Part shown: positions 24,914-38,117 of the stretch, piece after piece | Numbering within the stretch: the first letter of the stretch is position 1 | Layout: each line of letters opens with the position of its first letter | Assembly: GCF_023055435.1 (NCBI RefSeq) | Contig: NW_025964024.1 | Location: forward strand, 2,108,001 to 2,172,000 | From: Haliotis rufescens | Taxonomy: Eukaryota | DNA length: 64,000 nucleotides | Direction: 5' to 3' | Program-made: the position numbers and the translations under genes | The notes under the pieces: generated by a model | The model's input: only the letters and a program-made list of their open reading frames with translations | The model's database searches: none | What the model was told of the DNA's origin: nothing

Positions 24914-25764
24914 GCAACGATCGGGATTAGCAAACAAGATTAATAGTATGTCCGAGAGAATGATACAAAGAAAAATATGTTATGGAAAAAATGTTATTTT
25001 TACACCGCAACAAACTACTAGTATTACAACTATATCATAGCGGCATGTAGTTATTCTGCTTGGACAATGCAGACAGCTGGTTCAGTACTAACTACTGATG
25101 TCACATATCCATCTAGCACAGAATGTCTCTCGCTCATCATTATAATCTGATTGGACGACTAATCTTAGCGAAGTTAATTGCGTATTCATTACAATGTGGT
25201 TCAAAACAAACTATAGGCAGCAATTGGGGTCAGTCTTTATCCTGACAGAGTGGCAGATTGTCGAGAATGAATCATCCAGGTAACACATTGTTACCACCCG
25301 ATCTTCGCTGACGTTGGCTCTGTATATTGACGATGAGGAACAACAGCAACAGATGTTGAATTCAGTTGCTTTTGTGTATAATATATGTTGGACACAAAGC
25401 AGCGAGTTTAAACGACACCTGTGTTTTGTGCACGCTTGACAGTGACTCCCTACGTAATTTAGTCAATTTATGATATACATTGTATATCTACTGACATTAT
25501 AGACTTTTATATATTAACATCATTACCGGATTTCAGGTGAGTTTGTTGCGAGCCCAATGTTTTATAATGTTACTGGCTGCAGTTCAAGGTTGTAGACTGG
25601 CAAATCTATACAAGATAACCGTCGGTACAATACTTAACATGATGAGGCGGCAAGAAGATGGTTACATTCCCCACCTCTCCTCCACTGAATTGTCTATGTA
25701 GTATAAAATGGGGCACTAAGGTGAAGATTATCTTTTAATATTGGGAAACATGGACCTGCGCCAT

Positions 25765-26013
25765 NNNNNNNNNNNNNNNNNNNNNNNNNNNNNNNNNNNN
25801 NNNNNNNNNNNNNNNNNNNNNNNNNNNNNNNNNNNNNNNNNNNNNNNNNNNNNNNNNNNNNNNNNNNNNNNNNNNNNNNNNNNNNNNNNNNNNNNNNNNN
25901 NNNNNNNNNNNNNNNNNNNNNNNNNNNNNNNNNNNNNNNNNNNNNNNNNNNNNNNNNNNNNNNNNNNNNNNNNNNNNNNNNNNNNNNNNNNNNNNNNNNN
26001 NNNNNNNNNNNNN
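25765..26013. other. Assembly gap
   Basis: Run of N. Confidence 1.
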
Positions 26014-26267
26014 NATGGATCGATGGATGGATTGATGGGTGGATGGATGGGTGGGTTGGTGGGTGGATGGAAGGATCTGTGGGTGAATGGATGGATGGAA
26101 GGATGGATGGATGGGTGGGTGGGTGGGTGGGCGGATGGATGGATCGATGGATGATGGGTGGATGGATGGGTGGGTTAGTGGGTGGATGGAAGGATGTGTG
26201 GGTGAATGGATAAATGGAAGGATGGATGGATTGATGGATGGATTATGGATGGATGGATGGATGATGG
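26014..26267 (+). repeat. (GGAT/GGGT)n degenerate microsatellite
   Basis: Seen directly; adjoins an assembly gap. Confidence 0.9.
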
Positions 26268-26399
26268 AGTCACGTTGGAGTCAAATGAAGTATATGTGTC
26301 GTATATAGACTCACAAGTTAATGTATCACTCTGTTGGCTCACTGTTCCTATGACCATTGTGACAGAACAGATCAGAAGGTTTATTCACAAAAATCACAC

Positions 26400-27200
26400 T
26401 AATAATAATAATAATAATAATAATAAATGCATTTGTATAGCGCAGCATTCACTGCATAAGTGTTTTGTGCTCAAAGTCATATAGTGAACAAAGTGGAAAC
26501 AGCTAAACTAGGGGTAGACATATTGTTTTACACATTACATAATAAGGGGGCGTAGTCAAACATAAATAACTTCAAACTTTTCAATATTTGGATATGTGAT
26601 GAAAAGATTTGGAATGTTTAAGACACGATCTTCGTTTAGAATCATCAAACCCGCATAAAATGATACTCGACACACAGATGGTCAGTGAAAGAATGGACAG
26701 AGTCTATTTTCAACAGGAATATTTTGCAGCGACCAGTTTCTATTGGGAGTCTATGATTTGTAGTTCTAATTTTTGTCATCCACCTTCGTAGATTAAAGGG
26801 TAAATTCAACAAATAGATTTCTGTTTTCAAGGTTTTTTTACACCGATAATATTTCCTTTTGACGAATTTTGAATTAGGCTTGAGTTAAGCCAGGATTGTC
26901 TAAATTGGTCAATTAATACAAGTTTTACATTATTCTTAAGCCAGTTTGCTTTGGAAAACTTTGATTTGACAGATGTAGGTAAAGCCAGTTTCATTTAAAA
27001 TATTTTAAACATTTTCTAAAAGAATGAAATCAACATTCGTATCAGACAACAATCTATACATAGTGCAAAGCAAAATATATGTCAACTTATCTACATTGGT
27101 AGATAATTTAGCCCAGATGTTTACAGCTCTAACCTTGACTAAAATTTCAATAATTGGATATCTATCAAGTTCCCCATAAATTTAAAACTTGACTCGGGGT
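26400..27200 (-). mobile_element. Degenerate 3' fragment of a non-LTR retrotransposon (clade uncertain: RTE-X/CR1/L2-like)
   Basis: YGELDRYP at about 27180-27157 and RTTNHRLPIETGR...EYHF resemble LINE ORF2 C-terminal motifs; (TTA)n at the 3' side. Confidence 0.6.
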
Positions 27201-27825
27201 AGAAACCACTCCAGTTCAAAAAGGTGTCACGAGTTACGGAGTTATTCAACACTTTGTTTACTTGGCCATAATGTTCAGCATTGTGGGAACTGTTTATTGT
27301 AATGCTTCTTATAGATTAACTCACGTATGTGCCGGTAACGGGTGTGTGGGTAACGTTACCGAACTGAAGAAGAGTGGAATTACTATGGTTTCGGTCCGGT
27401 GATCGTGGAGAATGGCCATTAAAACCCGGACAATGCCCGAGGTGTGATTGACGCGCAAAGGGTGGCTATTAGTTCCCTGTGGGGATTATATTCTTTGGTT
27501 CTGACACCAACACTCAGCGAGGTATGACCTCACAATGTACAATTTATTAAGCTTGACCTCATAAAACCTTTTTGCACTCAGAGATTGACAATAGGGATTA
27601 TTCTGATGTTCTTATAGCAACGGTTTAGATCTAATCGTCATGACGTTTTCTCTGATTCACTCTGTACTGTTGATATTTCAATGCACGCAATTAAAAGAAT
27701 TAATACATACATTGTAATCCCCCCACTTCCTAAACACTGCTGCCGTGAGTTCCGTGTTGCAAATAAACAACAGAATAAGCTATCGACACAGTTTTCCATT
27801 ATTAAATATTACCAAACAATGTGTA

Positions 27826-28165
27826 TAAGGAAGAGAATTTATGGATGTCAACTTCTTTATTATGAGGAACACATCGTTTCAGAGTATATCATTCACCTGA
27901 TGAAGGGGTAAGCATGTCAGTGCCGTAGCCAGCCGGGGATGCAGTTGCCTGCCCCCCCCCCCCCCCCCCCTTGGTTTTTTATAGGAAACAGTTTATTTGA
28001 ATCAAGTTGGGGACAAGTGATACTTGTACAAATATTTGCTCCCCCTGTCAAAAAAAAGTTAACTACGGCCTTGCATATACTCCGAAACCTTGAGTCCTTA
28101 TAATAAAGAAGTTGACATCCATAAATTCTCTTCCTTTTGTGTATCACTTCTAAATGCCTTCCAAA
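27826..28165. mobile_element. Palindromic Penelope-like relic with a CTGATGA hammerhead core split by a MITE (27918-28073)
   Basis: Arms aggaagagaatttatggatgtcaacttctttattat and its reverse complement; CTGATGA-A-GGGGTA...TACTCC-GAAAC. Confidence 0.6.
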
Positions 28166-28346
28166 GCCTAAAAAAATATGTAACTGTTATATTCATGCTG
28201 CATATATTCACGCATCTTTGAGCAAGTATGCACCAGCTGCATGCCACGGTGCTCATGTTCTTCCGCGTTACGGAAACTCCATCAGGTCGAACAAACCTGT
28301 CTGTCTCACCATATTATTTTCCATTCCGCACAGCTCTTACTATAAC

Positions 28347-28510
28347 GGGGGCGGTCGGGTAGCCTAGTGGTTAAAGCGTTCGCTCGTCACGCTGAAGACC
28401 CGGGTTCGATTCACGACATGGGTACAATGTGTGAAGCCCATTTCTGGTGTCCCCCGCCGTGATATTGCTGGAATATTGCTAAAAGCGGCGTAAAACCATA
28501 CTCACTCACT
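28347..28510 (+). mobile_element. SINE family B
   Basis: Full copy; TSD ctcttactataacg. Confidence 0.9.
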
Positions 28511-28914
28511 CTTACTATAACGCTATAGCTCTAAATGAAGCAAGTCTAGATTTTCCACACGTTCTGAATCTTCCATCTCACTAAGGGTCCCTTTCAATGT
28601 AAACGTAGTTGTTTGTTTCTAAAAACTTATATATTTTCAGAGTCAAAGCGTTAGTCTGGAATGACCTTTAATGTGTGACTAAGTGTAGGACAAATTGGCT
28701 GGCAGTCCTTGAATGACTTGATTCAAGTCTCGCAAACACCATTTTGCCTGTAAAGCAAAATGTACAAGTTAAAATGTAGAAAGAGACAAAGCTTCGGACT
28801 CGCTAAGCGTACAAAATACAATGTCTACAGCAAGGCTTAAATTTGACATCAGGTCGCCTTAAACTGCCGCGCAGTGGAGATGGATAGTGTACATGCATTT
28901 CCCTGAATATTAGT

Positions 28915-29440
28915 TCACGGCACTGTCTTCACGACTTCGGGATATGGTGGAATATTAGTGTACGAAATACCTGATAACCAGACTTTAGCCCTTTTTCTAG
29001 CCTACCTCACAGTCCCTGAACCATTTTATTTCCCCTTCCGCCCAGCCCTTACTGTGATGCTGTATGAAGCAAGTCTAGAGTTTCCACAGGTTCAGGGTTC
29101 TGAATCATCCATCTCACCTGGGCTCCTTATAAATTTAAATGTAGTTGTTCGTTTCTATCAAAATTATATATTTTGTTAGTATAAGGGATGGACGGCTATG
29201 ATGGTTATTGGACGACTTTGAGTTTCTAGAGCTTTGGCCTAGACTGACATCTAGTCTCTGAAATGAACATATTTTACAGAAGATAAAAAAACAGCTGTTA
29301 AATTATAGTTATGAAATATAATAAAAAGAAGCCCAGAGACTTTCTTCATTTTCAGATTTCCTGATGCTGCAGTAATCTAGACTTGCCAAACACTATGGAC
29401 TTGCATGGGCTGTATTGGATATATTTGTATCAGGGTCTGC
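28915..29440. repeat. Two adjacent TAGACT-family dispersed repeats
   Basis: 28915-29175 matches 590-832 inverted; 29235-29440 matches 36270-36458 inverted. Confidence 0.7.
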
Positions 29441-30149
29441 ATGAAAGGGTAGCTTTGGCCTCACACACAATAGGCCAAGTGTCTTTGATTGTCGCTGTTT
29501 ACCCAGCAGCGAATAGGTTCCCTTTAGGGGGTGATGTGAATGGAAGCTGTCCATGTGTTGTATACTCCCCGGGGAGCTGAGTTTGTATACTCCCCTGAGA
29601 GCTGAGTTTGTCTGATGTCCGAGTTAATTAGATATGGGCCTCGGTGCCGTGGCATCTTTATACAGGTTCTATTTTCATTGTTGTCAATATTATTGTGGTT
29701 TTAACACTACCCTGTGTCGCAGAGACGCACCGACAAGTATTTATATGTAGTTCTACCTTGTTTACGAACTTTGTTTAAAAGATAAAAGAAGAAAACTTAA
29801 ATGACTGTTATGAGAAATGAAATTATTAGCTGAGCTAATATTCTAATGCTTACGCTTGTCATACAAGCATATGAGCATGTGCCCTACAATCCATCAGACG
29901 CATATTACAAACGCCTCATATTATCTATCATGTTATTTTCATATATACACAGACCTACCTGACAAAATGTATACAAACTTCCAAATCCCATATCTGGTTA
30001 CAAGTAATGTAGCTTCCTTATCAGGTGTTTCCATAGTGACCATAGGAAAAAGAAAATGAAACAGGACTTCCGTGACACACTGATGACAACGGCCTCTCAT
30101 CATAAACATGTATGTGCATCGTTCACACTTTCAAGTGCGATATGCTGTT

Positions 30150-30150
<1 letters not shown>

Positions 30151-30204
<54 letters not shown>
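30151..30204 (+). repeat. (TAA)n microsatellite
   Basis: Seen directly. Confidence 0.95.
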
Positions 30205-30205
<1 letters not shown>

Positions 30206-30229
30206 CCATCCCAAATTCATTTTACATTG

Positions 30230-30757
30230 CATTTTCATTCAGGAAACCCACTTTCACCCACCATCTCTCTTTCCTTTAACCTTCCAACTTTCATTCAACC
30301 AACCCGCTTTCACTCAACCATCCTACTTTCATTCAACCATCCCTCTTTCATTTAACCTTCCAACTTTCATTTACCCTGCCCACTTTCATTCAACCAACCC
30401 GCTTTCACTCAACCATCCTACTTTCATTCAACCATCCCTCTTTCATTTAACCTTCCAACTTTCATTTACCCTGCCCACTTTCATTCAACCAACCCGCTTT
30501 CACTCAACCATCCTACTTTCATTCAACCAACCCGCTTTCATTCAACCATCCCTCTTTCATTCAACCATCCCACTTTCATTCAACCACCCCACTTTCATTC
30601 AACCGTCCTACTTTCACTCAACCGTCCTTCTTTCATTCAACCGTCCTACTTTCATTCAACCACCCCACTTTCATTCAACCGTCCTACTTTCACTCAACCG
30701 TCCTTCTTTCATTCAACCGTCCTACTTTCATTCAACCGCCCTACTTTCACTCATACC
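30230..30757 (+). repeat. 19-bp minisatellite (about 27 units)
   Basis: Unit ctttcattcaaccatccta. Confidence 0.93.
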
Positions 30758-31830
30758 ATGACATCCGTATGATATCTGTATCCATCAGCCAGTACAGTTT
30801 GCCACAGGACAGTTTGTCACGTTCTAAATAGCTGAAAGGTTCTTATATAATTGATTACATTGATCAAACAATCTTTTACGTATATCATTAAAGGGACATT
30901 TGATGATTACATGGGATCAATCTTCAAACTTTTAAGTTCTCTGAAGCTTCAATAAAGACATTTTCTCATGACAGGTGTTGAGTTCCCGTTCGTATAATCT
31001 TGTTCCATTTGAATTATTATTGTCATTAAATAAATTCAAATATGAATTAAATGAAAAATATCAAATAAATCATAAAATATCATTAAGCTACATGTATTTT
31101 TTTATGTCTCTTGGTAGTGTTATGCCGTAATATATTTTACAAATTTGTTTTAAATATAACTTTGTAATCATGACACTCTGGTGTATGTATCAACTTGATA
31201 AATGGTTGAAACAATGTCGATGCGATATTAAATTATAACTCACTCACCAACTCTGTCTCTTGAATCTAATACTTCTAATATTGTTCTTAAAACTAGAACA
31301 AAAATTACAAAAGTGATTAAAAGTGACGTAGCTACTTTATAATGGGCTTCCATTGCGATAATCGGTAATATAAGAGTGCATGAAATGAAGCTGTTTCCCT
31401 TGACAAGCTGATGACAAGAGACTTCGTCATATGTGTGTGTCGTCCATACTTTCAAGTGCAATATGTCAGCCCGTCCTTGAACCAACCCTCGGGGCTGCGC
31501 AGTGATAACCTTTGACCTCACGTTAATAGTAGTGTGAATGGATTCCGCAATTAGCAGAGACACCGCCGCCATGTCACTATCTCGGTAATTACAGAGATTA
31601 CAAGAAAATAAGTCACCGAATTTGATAGCGCTGAATACTACAGCGATTGTTACGTGACTAACGTGAACTGTGTGGTAACTTGACAAGCACGTGTCCTTTA
31701 TATCAGATAGTAGATGATCATAATTAGATGAATAGAAAGCTAATGACAAATATAAATCAAGGAAGGTTTATGTAATTACGTTTTCCATCGAATATCTAAT
31801 CACCAACACTCGTCATTGAGTATTCACGGA

Positions 31831-32217
31831 TACAGTGTATAACGTCATTAAACCCGGCAACACCCCCGGGCGTTTACGGCTGGGAGGTCCACACGTGCAA
31901 AACGTGACACCCATGATTCTGTCATCCGGAAACAGGACTATTTCTCTGTATACATTACCGTCCGGATTAGCGAGGTTTCCCCGTATATGTGACAGAGGGC
32001 AGGGGGAAAAGGCAGACAGACTGTTTATTAAAGTCCCTCTCGTTACACCCGTTAATCCGGACAAGATCTTTACCTGCGAAATCGTCCGGAATTACAAATG
32101 TCGGGATAACAGAACACTGTCTCAGAGCCATTACCTCTGTGCACATAGAACACCCTAACATATTTGCCTAGGAGTGTCCGTATTAACGGAATCCGCACAA
32201 ATGAGGTTTCATTGTGT
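31831..32217. mobile_element. Degenerate pogo/Tigger-like MITE
   Basis: TA-CAGTG start and repeated ccggatta/taatccgg submotifs; related pieces at 34880-35060 and 17990-18030. Confidence 0.45.
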
Positions 32218-32350
32218 ATATATTGTTTTATTTAGCATTTGTAGACCCATAGACAGATCAGTACAAATGAGAATTGTACAATGTAAACATTGCAAACTAT
32301 TGTTAATGGCCCGTTACACATTTCTAAAACCTTCCTTTTCATATTTTAAT

Positions 32351-32520
32351 GGGGGCGGTCGGGTAGCCTAGCGGTTAAAGCGTTCGCTAATCACGCCGAA
32401 GACCCGGGTTCGATTCCCGACATGGGTACAATGTGTGAAGCCCTTTTCTGGTGTCCCCCGCCGTGATATTGCTGGAATATTGCTAAAGGCGGCGTAAAAC
32501 CATACTCACTCACCCACTCA
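32351..32520 (+). mobile_element. SINE family B
   Basis: Full copy. Confidence 0.9.
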
Positions 32521-32779
32521 TGGGTTTTTTATCGTTACAGTTTAACAATTTGGTATATTACATAATATTTGTATAACGTGGTTTATAGTTATTTCTTAAC
32601 TGTGTATATACGCAGTACTTTCAAACAGTAAGTTGGGCTCATCTTCAATATTATTACAGGAACACATTTTACATATTCGATTTACAATTTCAGTTTCGTT
32701 GCTTCTAATGTTCCGCATTTATGGATGCTCATGCAATCCCAGTAAACATAAACACCTTCTGGTTTCTCTAACCTTGCTA

Positions 32780-33060
32780 GGGGGCACGGGTGGCCCAGTC
32801 GTCTCAGGCGCCGCGATTCGCTGTGCAGAGTTGCGTCCCTTGGGCACGCCAGAAACCTATGCTTGTGGGTTCGAATCTCGGTTCGCCCCGATTATGTTTC
32901 TAGGTTTGTCAGCAACATACCCGTGCTCGTGGGTTTCACCGAAGTGGTAAACGTCTGAGACCTGCATCACTTCGGGCTTTCCTCCCACATTAAGCTGACA
33001 CGCCGTGATATAACTGGAATACTGTTAAAAGCGGCGCTAAACCAAACTCACTCACTCACT
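32780..33060 (+). mobile_element. SINE family A
   Basis: Full copy; TSD ctctaaccttg. Confidence 0.9.
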
Positions 33061-33345
33061 CTAACCTTGATAACATTCTACAGATATTAAAGTCTTAATA
33101 CGTTGATAATGTGCAAGACGTGATGATAACTGAAGTTTGTCATACAACACATAGTTATGACTAGACTAACGCTCAGGCTCTGAAAATATATCTCTTTGCT
33201 GGAAATAAATAAGTACAGATTAAAAGAAACTACAGTGAGATGGGAGGTTCTGGGACCTTCTTTCATTTAGGGCTTTTGCATTGCAGTGAGAGCTGGGAGG
33301 AAAGGAAAATAGTATGGTTCGGGACTGTGAGGCAGTCTAGGTAAT

Positions 33346-33504
33346 GAGTGAGTATGGTTTTACGCCGATTTTAGCAATAATCCAGCAATATCACGGCGGG
33401 GAACACCAGAAATGGGCTTCACACATTGTACCCATGTCGTGAATCGAACCCGGGTCTTCGGCATGACGAGCGAACGCTTTAACCACTAGGCTACCCGACC
33501 GCCC
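33346..33504 (-). mobile_element. SINE family B
   Basis: Full copy; TSD tctaggtaatga. Confidence 0.9.
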
Positions 33505-33758
33505 TCTAGGTAATGATATGACAGTCACGTAGTCCTGCGCCATAACTGTAGAATATATATTGTAGTGTTGTATTATTATAGATTTACTAAAAGCCTTGCA
33601 AAATTACCTTTTATATTTGGAATATCTTGTAAAAGGATTAATTACGCAAGTAAAGCATTCTGTGTCTGTTAAGGGGATGGATTGTTTCACGCTTTCATGA
33701 TTATTTTCATAATAACGACCTAAAGTTGAGAAAAAGAGGTTTTGTGTTTTTTGGTGTG

Positions 33759-33973
33759 TTTTGTTTGTTTAACGCCGCACTCAGCAAGATATGACGGCGG
33801 TCTGTAAATAATCGAGTCTGGACCAGACAATCCAATGATTGACTTCATGAGCATCGATACACGCAATTGGGATACGATGACATGCATCCTATCAGCGAGC
33901 CTGACCACCCGATCCCGTTAGTTTCCTCTTGCATGGGTTGCTGAAGACCAGTTCTAACCGGTTACATCACGGG
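33759..33973 (-). mobile_element. Family C element
   Basis: Reverse copy with deletions. Confidence 0.8.
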
Positions 33974-34331
33974 ATTCAGAAAACAAAACAGAACACCTAC
34001 GAAGAGATTTCTTTGAAAATGCATGCCCGACAACGATATCCTGTTTTTTTAGTATTAAACGTTTTTTTGTGAAACAGAACAATCAGGAACATTAGAAACC
34101 CCCCAAATATATAAACGAGTTGAAGTCATTTGAGTGCATGGGTGTTAGATGTCCCTATGTGGCCTATCCCATGTCTAATGGGTACGTATATCATAAGTGA
34201 CATTAGTTCGACATATGTTCTGCACGTACACAGCATCTTATCATTGTTGTCCGTGCTTTTTGTAAGTATGTAATGACGGTGCCTAATTTCATTACCACGC
34301 TCAACAATTGCCTATACCAATGCATGCCCCC

Positions 34332-34370
<39 letters not shown>

Positions 34371-34371
34371 G

Positions 34372-34403
<32 letters not shown>

Positions 34404-34503
34404 TCGCTCTCGCTCTGTCCGTGCTCTCTCTCTCTTGCTCTCTCTCTCTCTTGCTCTCTCTCTCTCTTCGCTCTCGCTCTGTCCGTGCTCTCTCTCTCTT
34501 GCT
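34332..34503 (+). repeat. (CT)n-rich microsatellite
   Basis: Seen directly. Confidence 0.93.
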
Positions 34504-34555
34504 AGATACTTCATTGGTGTCTCGTTGGTGACACTTAAATAACTTTTCACATGTA

Positions 34556-34802
34556 GGTGGTTGGTTGTTGTTTAACGCCGCATTCAGCAATATTCCAGCG
34601 GTCTGTAAATAATCGTGTCTGGACCACAAAGTCCAGTGATTGACATCATGAGCATCGATCCATGCAATTGGGATACGATGATATGCATCAACCAAGTCAA
34701 CCTGACCACCCAATCCCGTTAGTCGCCTCTCGCGACAAGCATAGTCGCCACTTAAAGCAAGCATGGGTTCCTGGAGACCTATTCCACCCCGGATCTTCAC
34801 GG
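34556..34802 (-). mobile_element. Family C element
   Basis: Reverse, near-full copy. Confidence 0.85.
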
Positions 34803-36147
34803 TTATTTCTTGTATGAGGATGTGAGGGGAGGGCTGCCATGCTGAGATTTGGTGTCAATGATCGTGTCATTTACTCCATGACATTGATCTGTTAATCCAG
34901 ACGATTTAAGTAAAGATCTAGTCCGGATTAGCGAGGTTCATTAAGATTTGCTTTATTGAACGATTTGTGTGCCTCTCGCCTAGCTCTCTGTCACAAACAG
35001 TGACACCTCGTTAATCCAGACGAAATTGTACGGATTAACAGATTTCCGTATTAACAAATCAATACGGAGAAATATCCAGATACATCAAAATGTACCAAGG
35101 CAATATTGCCAGGCTACCACGGTCTAAGCAAATCCAATCAGCAACGGACACTATAACCATAACTGATCTATTCTAATACTTTCTACAATCAGAAACAATC
35201 ATTGTAAACATTCCATGTCCATATTTACAGAGCATTAAGTGAAAACTAAACATGGCTGCCGCCATTCATAGGTAATACGCCTTCCATACGCCCTCCCAAT
35301 ATACTTATATTAGTCATCTGCTCGCATATCCATGAACAAGGAGTTACACTATACACTGTCAAAAGCTACTTGAAGAAAGAGGTCAAGAGTGAATTGATTT
35401 TAATACCCACATAAGAAGGACAGTATTTACACGACACAACCTTGTTGGAAGGAGAAAAACAGGCAGAACTACATCCGGGTATCTTACATGACAGGTCACT
35501 GTTGTTTGGGACCAGAAATAAGTCGGTCAGCAAATCGGTTGGTGCGCATCTAGCCTTGCTCCAAGGCTGTACTGAAAGAAATGTCCAGGGATGTGTAGTA
35601 ATTACATGCTCCTCATAGGCAAGTCTAGATATTTGGACTTTAGTCACTTATAGGGACAACTTGTTATTATTATTTACATAATCTAGAACATATTATTTAA
35701 ACTATTAATTATTGCTTTAGAGACTTGTGCAAGTCTAGTCTCCGGCATAGGTTCCTGAGACATTACGTAGATCCTAGTGATCACGTGGTCTTCACACGCA
35801 CAGAATTACAGCACCGACGACAAGGGGTCATGGCGTCTGCTAGCCCGCACGTATGGAACTGTCAAACGTCGTTCAGTGCTGATGCCTGTTGTCTTATCAT
35901 ACCTGTTTGTTTTTAATCACGATTCCAACATGAAGTAAACAAAGGCCTGTCTCACTTAAGTACACATACATACGTCAATGGAACTGTGCCAATGAATTGA
36001 TTGATTGATAACGGTGCCAGTGCCTGTACCGAAACATGGCATTGAAAGATTACGAAAGAACTTGGATTCCATACCTTAACCCTGTCTTCGTGGCTACGAC
36101 TTCTCTTAGATACGACTTGTGGAACTATGCAAGTCAACGATGTCATT

Positions 36148-36210
36148 TGAGTGAGTGAGTGGGTGAGTGAGTGAGTGAGTGAGTGAGTGAGTGAGTGAGT
36201 GAGTGAGTGA
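36148..36210 (+). repeat. (TGAG)n microsatellite
   Basis: Seen directly; same unit as the SINE A/B tails. Confidence 0.93.
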
Positions 36211-36458
36211 AACAATAAATATTTTTAGCAATGAAATAATGAACCCAGGGACACGGGTAGTCTGTCTTACAGACCCTGATACAAATATATATCAAATACA
36301 GCCCATGCAAGTCTATAATGTTTGACATGTCTAGATTACTGCAGTATCTGAAAATGAAGAGAGTCACTGGTCTCCCTTTTATTATATTTTCATTAACATA
36401 ACTGAACAACTGGTTTTTCTGTACGATATGTTCATTTCAGAGACTAGATGTTAGTCTA

Positions 36459-36749
36459 GGACACGAGTGGCCCAGTCGTCTAAGGAGCCGCAATTCGCTG
36501 TGAAGAGTTGCGTCCCTTGGTGACGCCATAAACCAATCACTGTGGGTTCGAATCCCCTTTCGCCCTGATCAATGGCTTTAGGTTTGTCAGCACCATACCC
36601 GTGCTCGTGGGTTTTACCAAAGTGGTAAACGTCTGAGACCTGCATCACTTCGGGCTTTCCTCCCACATTAAGCTGACACGCTGTGATATGTACGTTGTTA
36701 CTGGAATACTGTTGAAAGCGGCGTTAAACCCAACTGACTCACTCACTCA
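36459..36749 (+). mobile_element. SINE family A (diverged)
   Basis: Homologous over its full length with more substitutions. Confidence 0.85.
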
Positions 36750-36837
36750 TGATCAATCTAGGCAAACAAATGATAGGTTTACACACTACGGCTAAAAGCA
36801 CTGAGTCAGCCTTGTCACAGCCAAACTGCATATCAAT

Positions 36838-36992
36838 ATTGGGATAGCCTAGTGGATAAAGCGTTCGCTCGTCACGATGATGTCCCATGTTCGTTTCCCC
36901 ACGTGGGTACAATGTGTGAAGCCCATTTCTTTGTCCCCCGCCGTGATATTGCTGGAATATTGCTAAAAGCGGTGTGAAACCATTCTCACACA
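36838..36992 (+). mobile_element. SINE family B (diverged)
   Basis: Homology to family B. Confidence 0.8.
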
Positions 36993-37954
36993 CCGAAATC
37001 AATATTACACTCTTGCGACAAGGTTCTGCATGGAATCTGTTCAGGAAATTCCAGGATACAAAGACTTAGAAGTATGTCCTGTCATCTCCAAAAGTTAAGG
37101 AAAAGAAAAAAATAGTTGTACTTTGGAATCTGTTGTAAACTCAAATATTGCACGACAGAAACTAAAGAACCCAAAATCTTATATCAACCTTTATATTTTT
37201 AGATTCTACCAGTTTCGTTTCATTTTTCGATGTATAATATAGTGTATAGGATATATACTGGATCGTATTAACGAGACGCCCTTAATATACAACTGAGTCC
37301 ACAACGAAAGACCACGATTAAAAAATATGTATATGACGCTGCACTTTTATTTTCAGGCGACACTACAAGGAAAGTCCTGCATTGAGTGAGTTTGTTGTTG
37401 GGACTTCGACTCATCTATTGATGGTGTAGAGGAAGTGTCTATACCGGCGTCAGTGAACATCTGAAAACTTTAGTTTTCTGCACGTTCGTCGCCCGCGTCT
37501 TGCCGTGCGCATGAACTGCGACCCCAGCGCCCAACGGGAACCGGTCTGTGCCGGCAAATCGTGCGTGGGTCACTGTAACTCGTCTTATCCGGTCATGGAC
37601 AAAAAATAAATAAAAAATAACATTCAGGTGGTGTGATTATTACATGATTGACACAAGTTTGCAACATACATATCCATGTAGTTTAAATTTGGGATGCATT
37701 CAACGTCTGCTTTCAGCGACACGTGCATACACAACTAGCTCCCTGGACAAGTGGATTTCCTGTCTGGGGCTGTGATTAATGCTTGCTCTCAAAATACTTT
37801 TCATTTCACGACATGTATAATGGGACGAAATGTGAGGAAATCGAACAAAGTGTCCGTTTGTCCCCGGCGATGTCAGCTATCAAAAACTACTCGCTCGGAG
37901 TTGAAGCCCAATTTTATACTTAATTTTATGCAACGACAACTGGTATGTTGCAAA

Positions 37955-38117
37955 GTAAGGATAAGAATTTATGGATGAACAACTTCTTTATTACAATTAA
38001 GAGCGACGTTTCGGTGTAGGTTCTAACACCGTTATCAAGCAAGTGTTAGAACCTACACCGAAACGTCGCTCTTAATTGTAATAAAGAAGTTGTTCATCCA
38101 TAAATTCGTATCCTTAC
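37955..38117. mobile_element. Near-perfect 75-bp inverted repeat; Penelope-like relic with a hammerhead core on the minus strand (38040-38003)
   Basis: Arms 37955-38029 and 38043-38117, one mismatch, 13-nt spacer. Confidence 0.7.

Noticed and set aside
28347-28420. Functional tRNA genes (Asp-, Leu-like heads)
   Set aside because: Acceptor stems do not close; each continues into a shared body and tail with TSDs, so they are SINE heads.
30056-30761. Poly-Asn/Ile and FIQPS-repeat ORFs
   Set aside because: Translations of (TAA)n and the 19-bp minisatellite.
31240-31749. 169-aa minus-strand ORF
   Set aside because: Non-ATG start, no recognisable domain and no supportable partner exons.
34203-34800. 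RE/SL-rich ORFs
   Set aside because: Translation of (CT)n plus a family C element.
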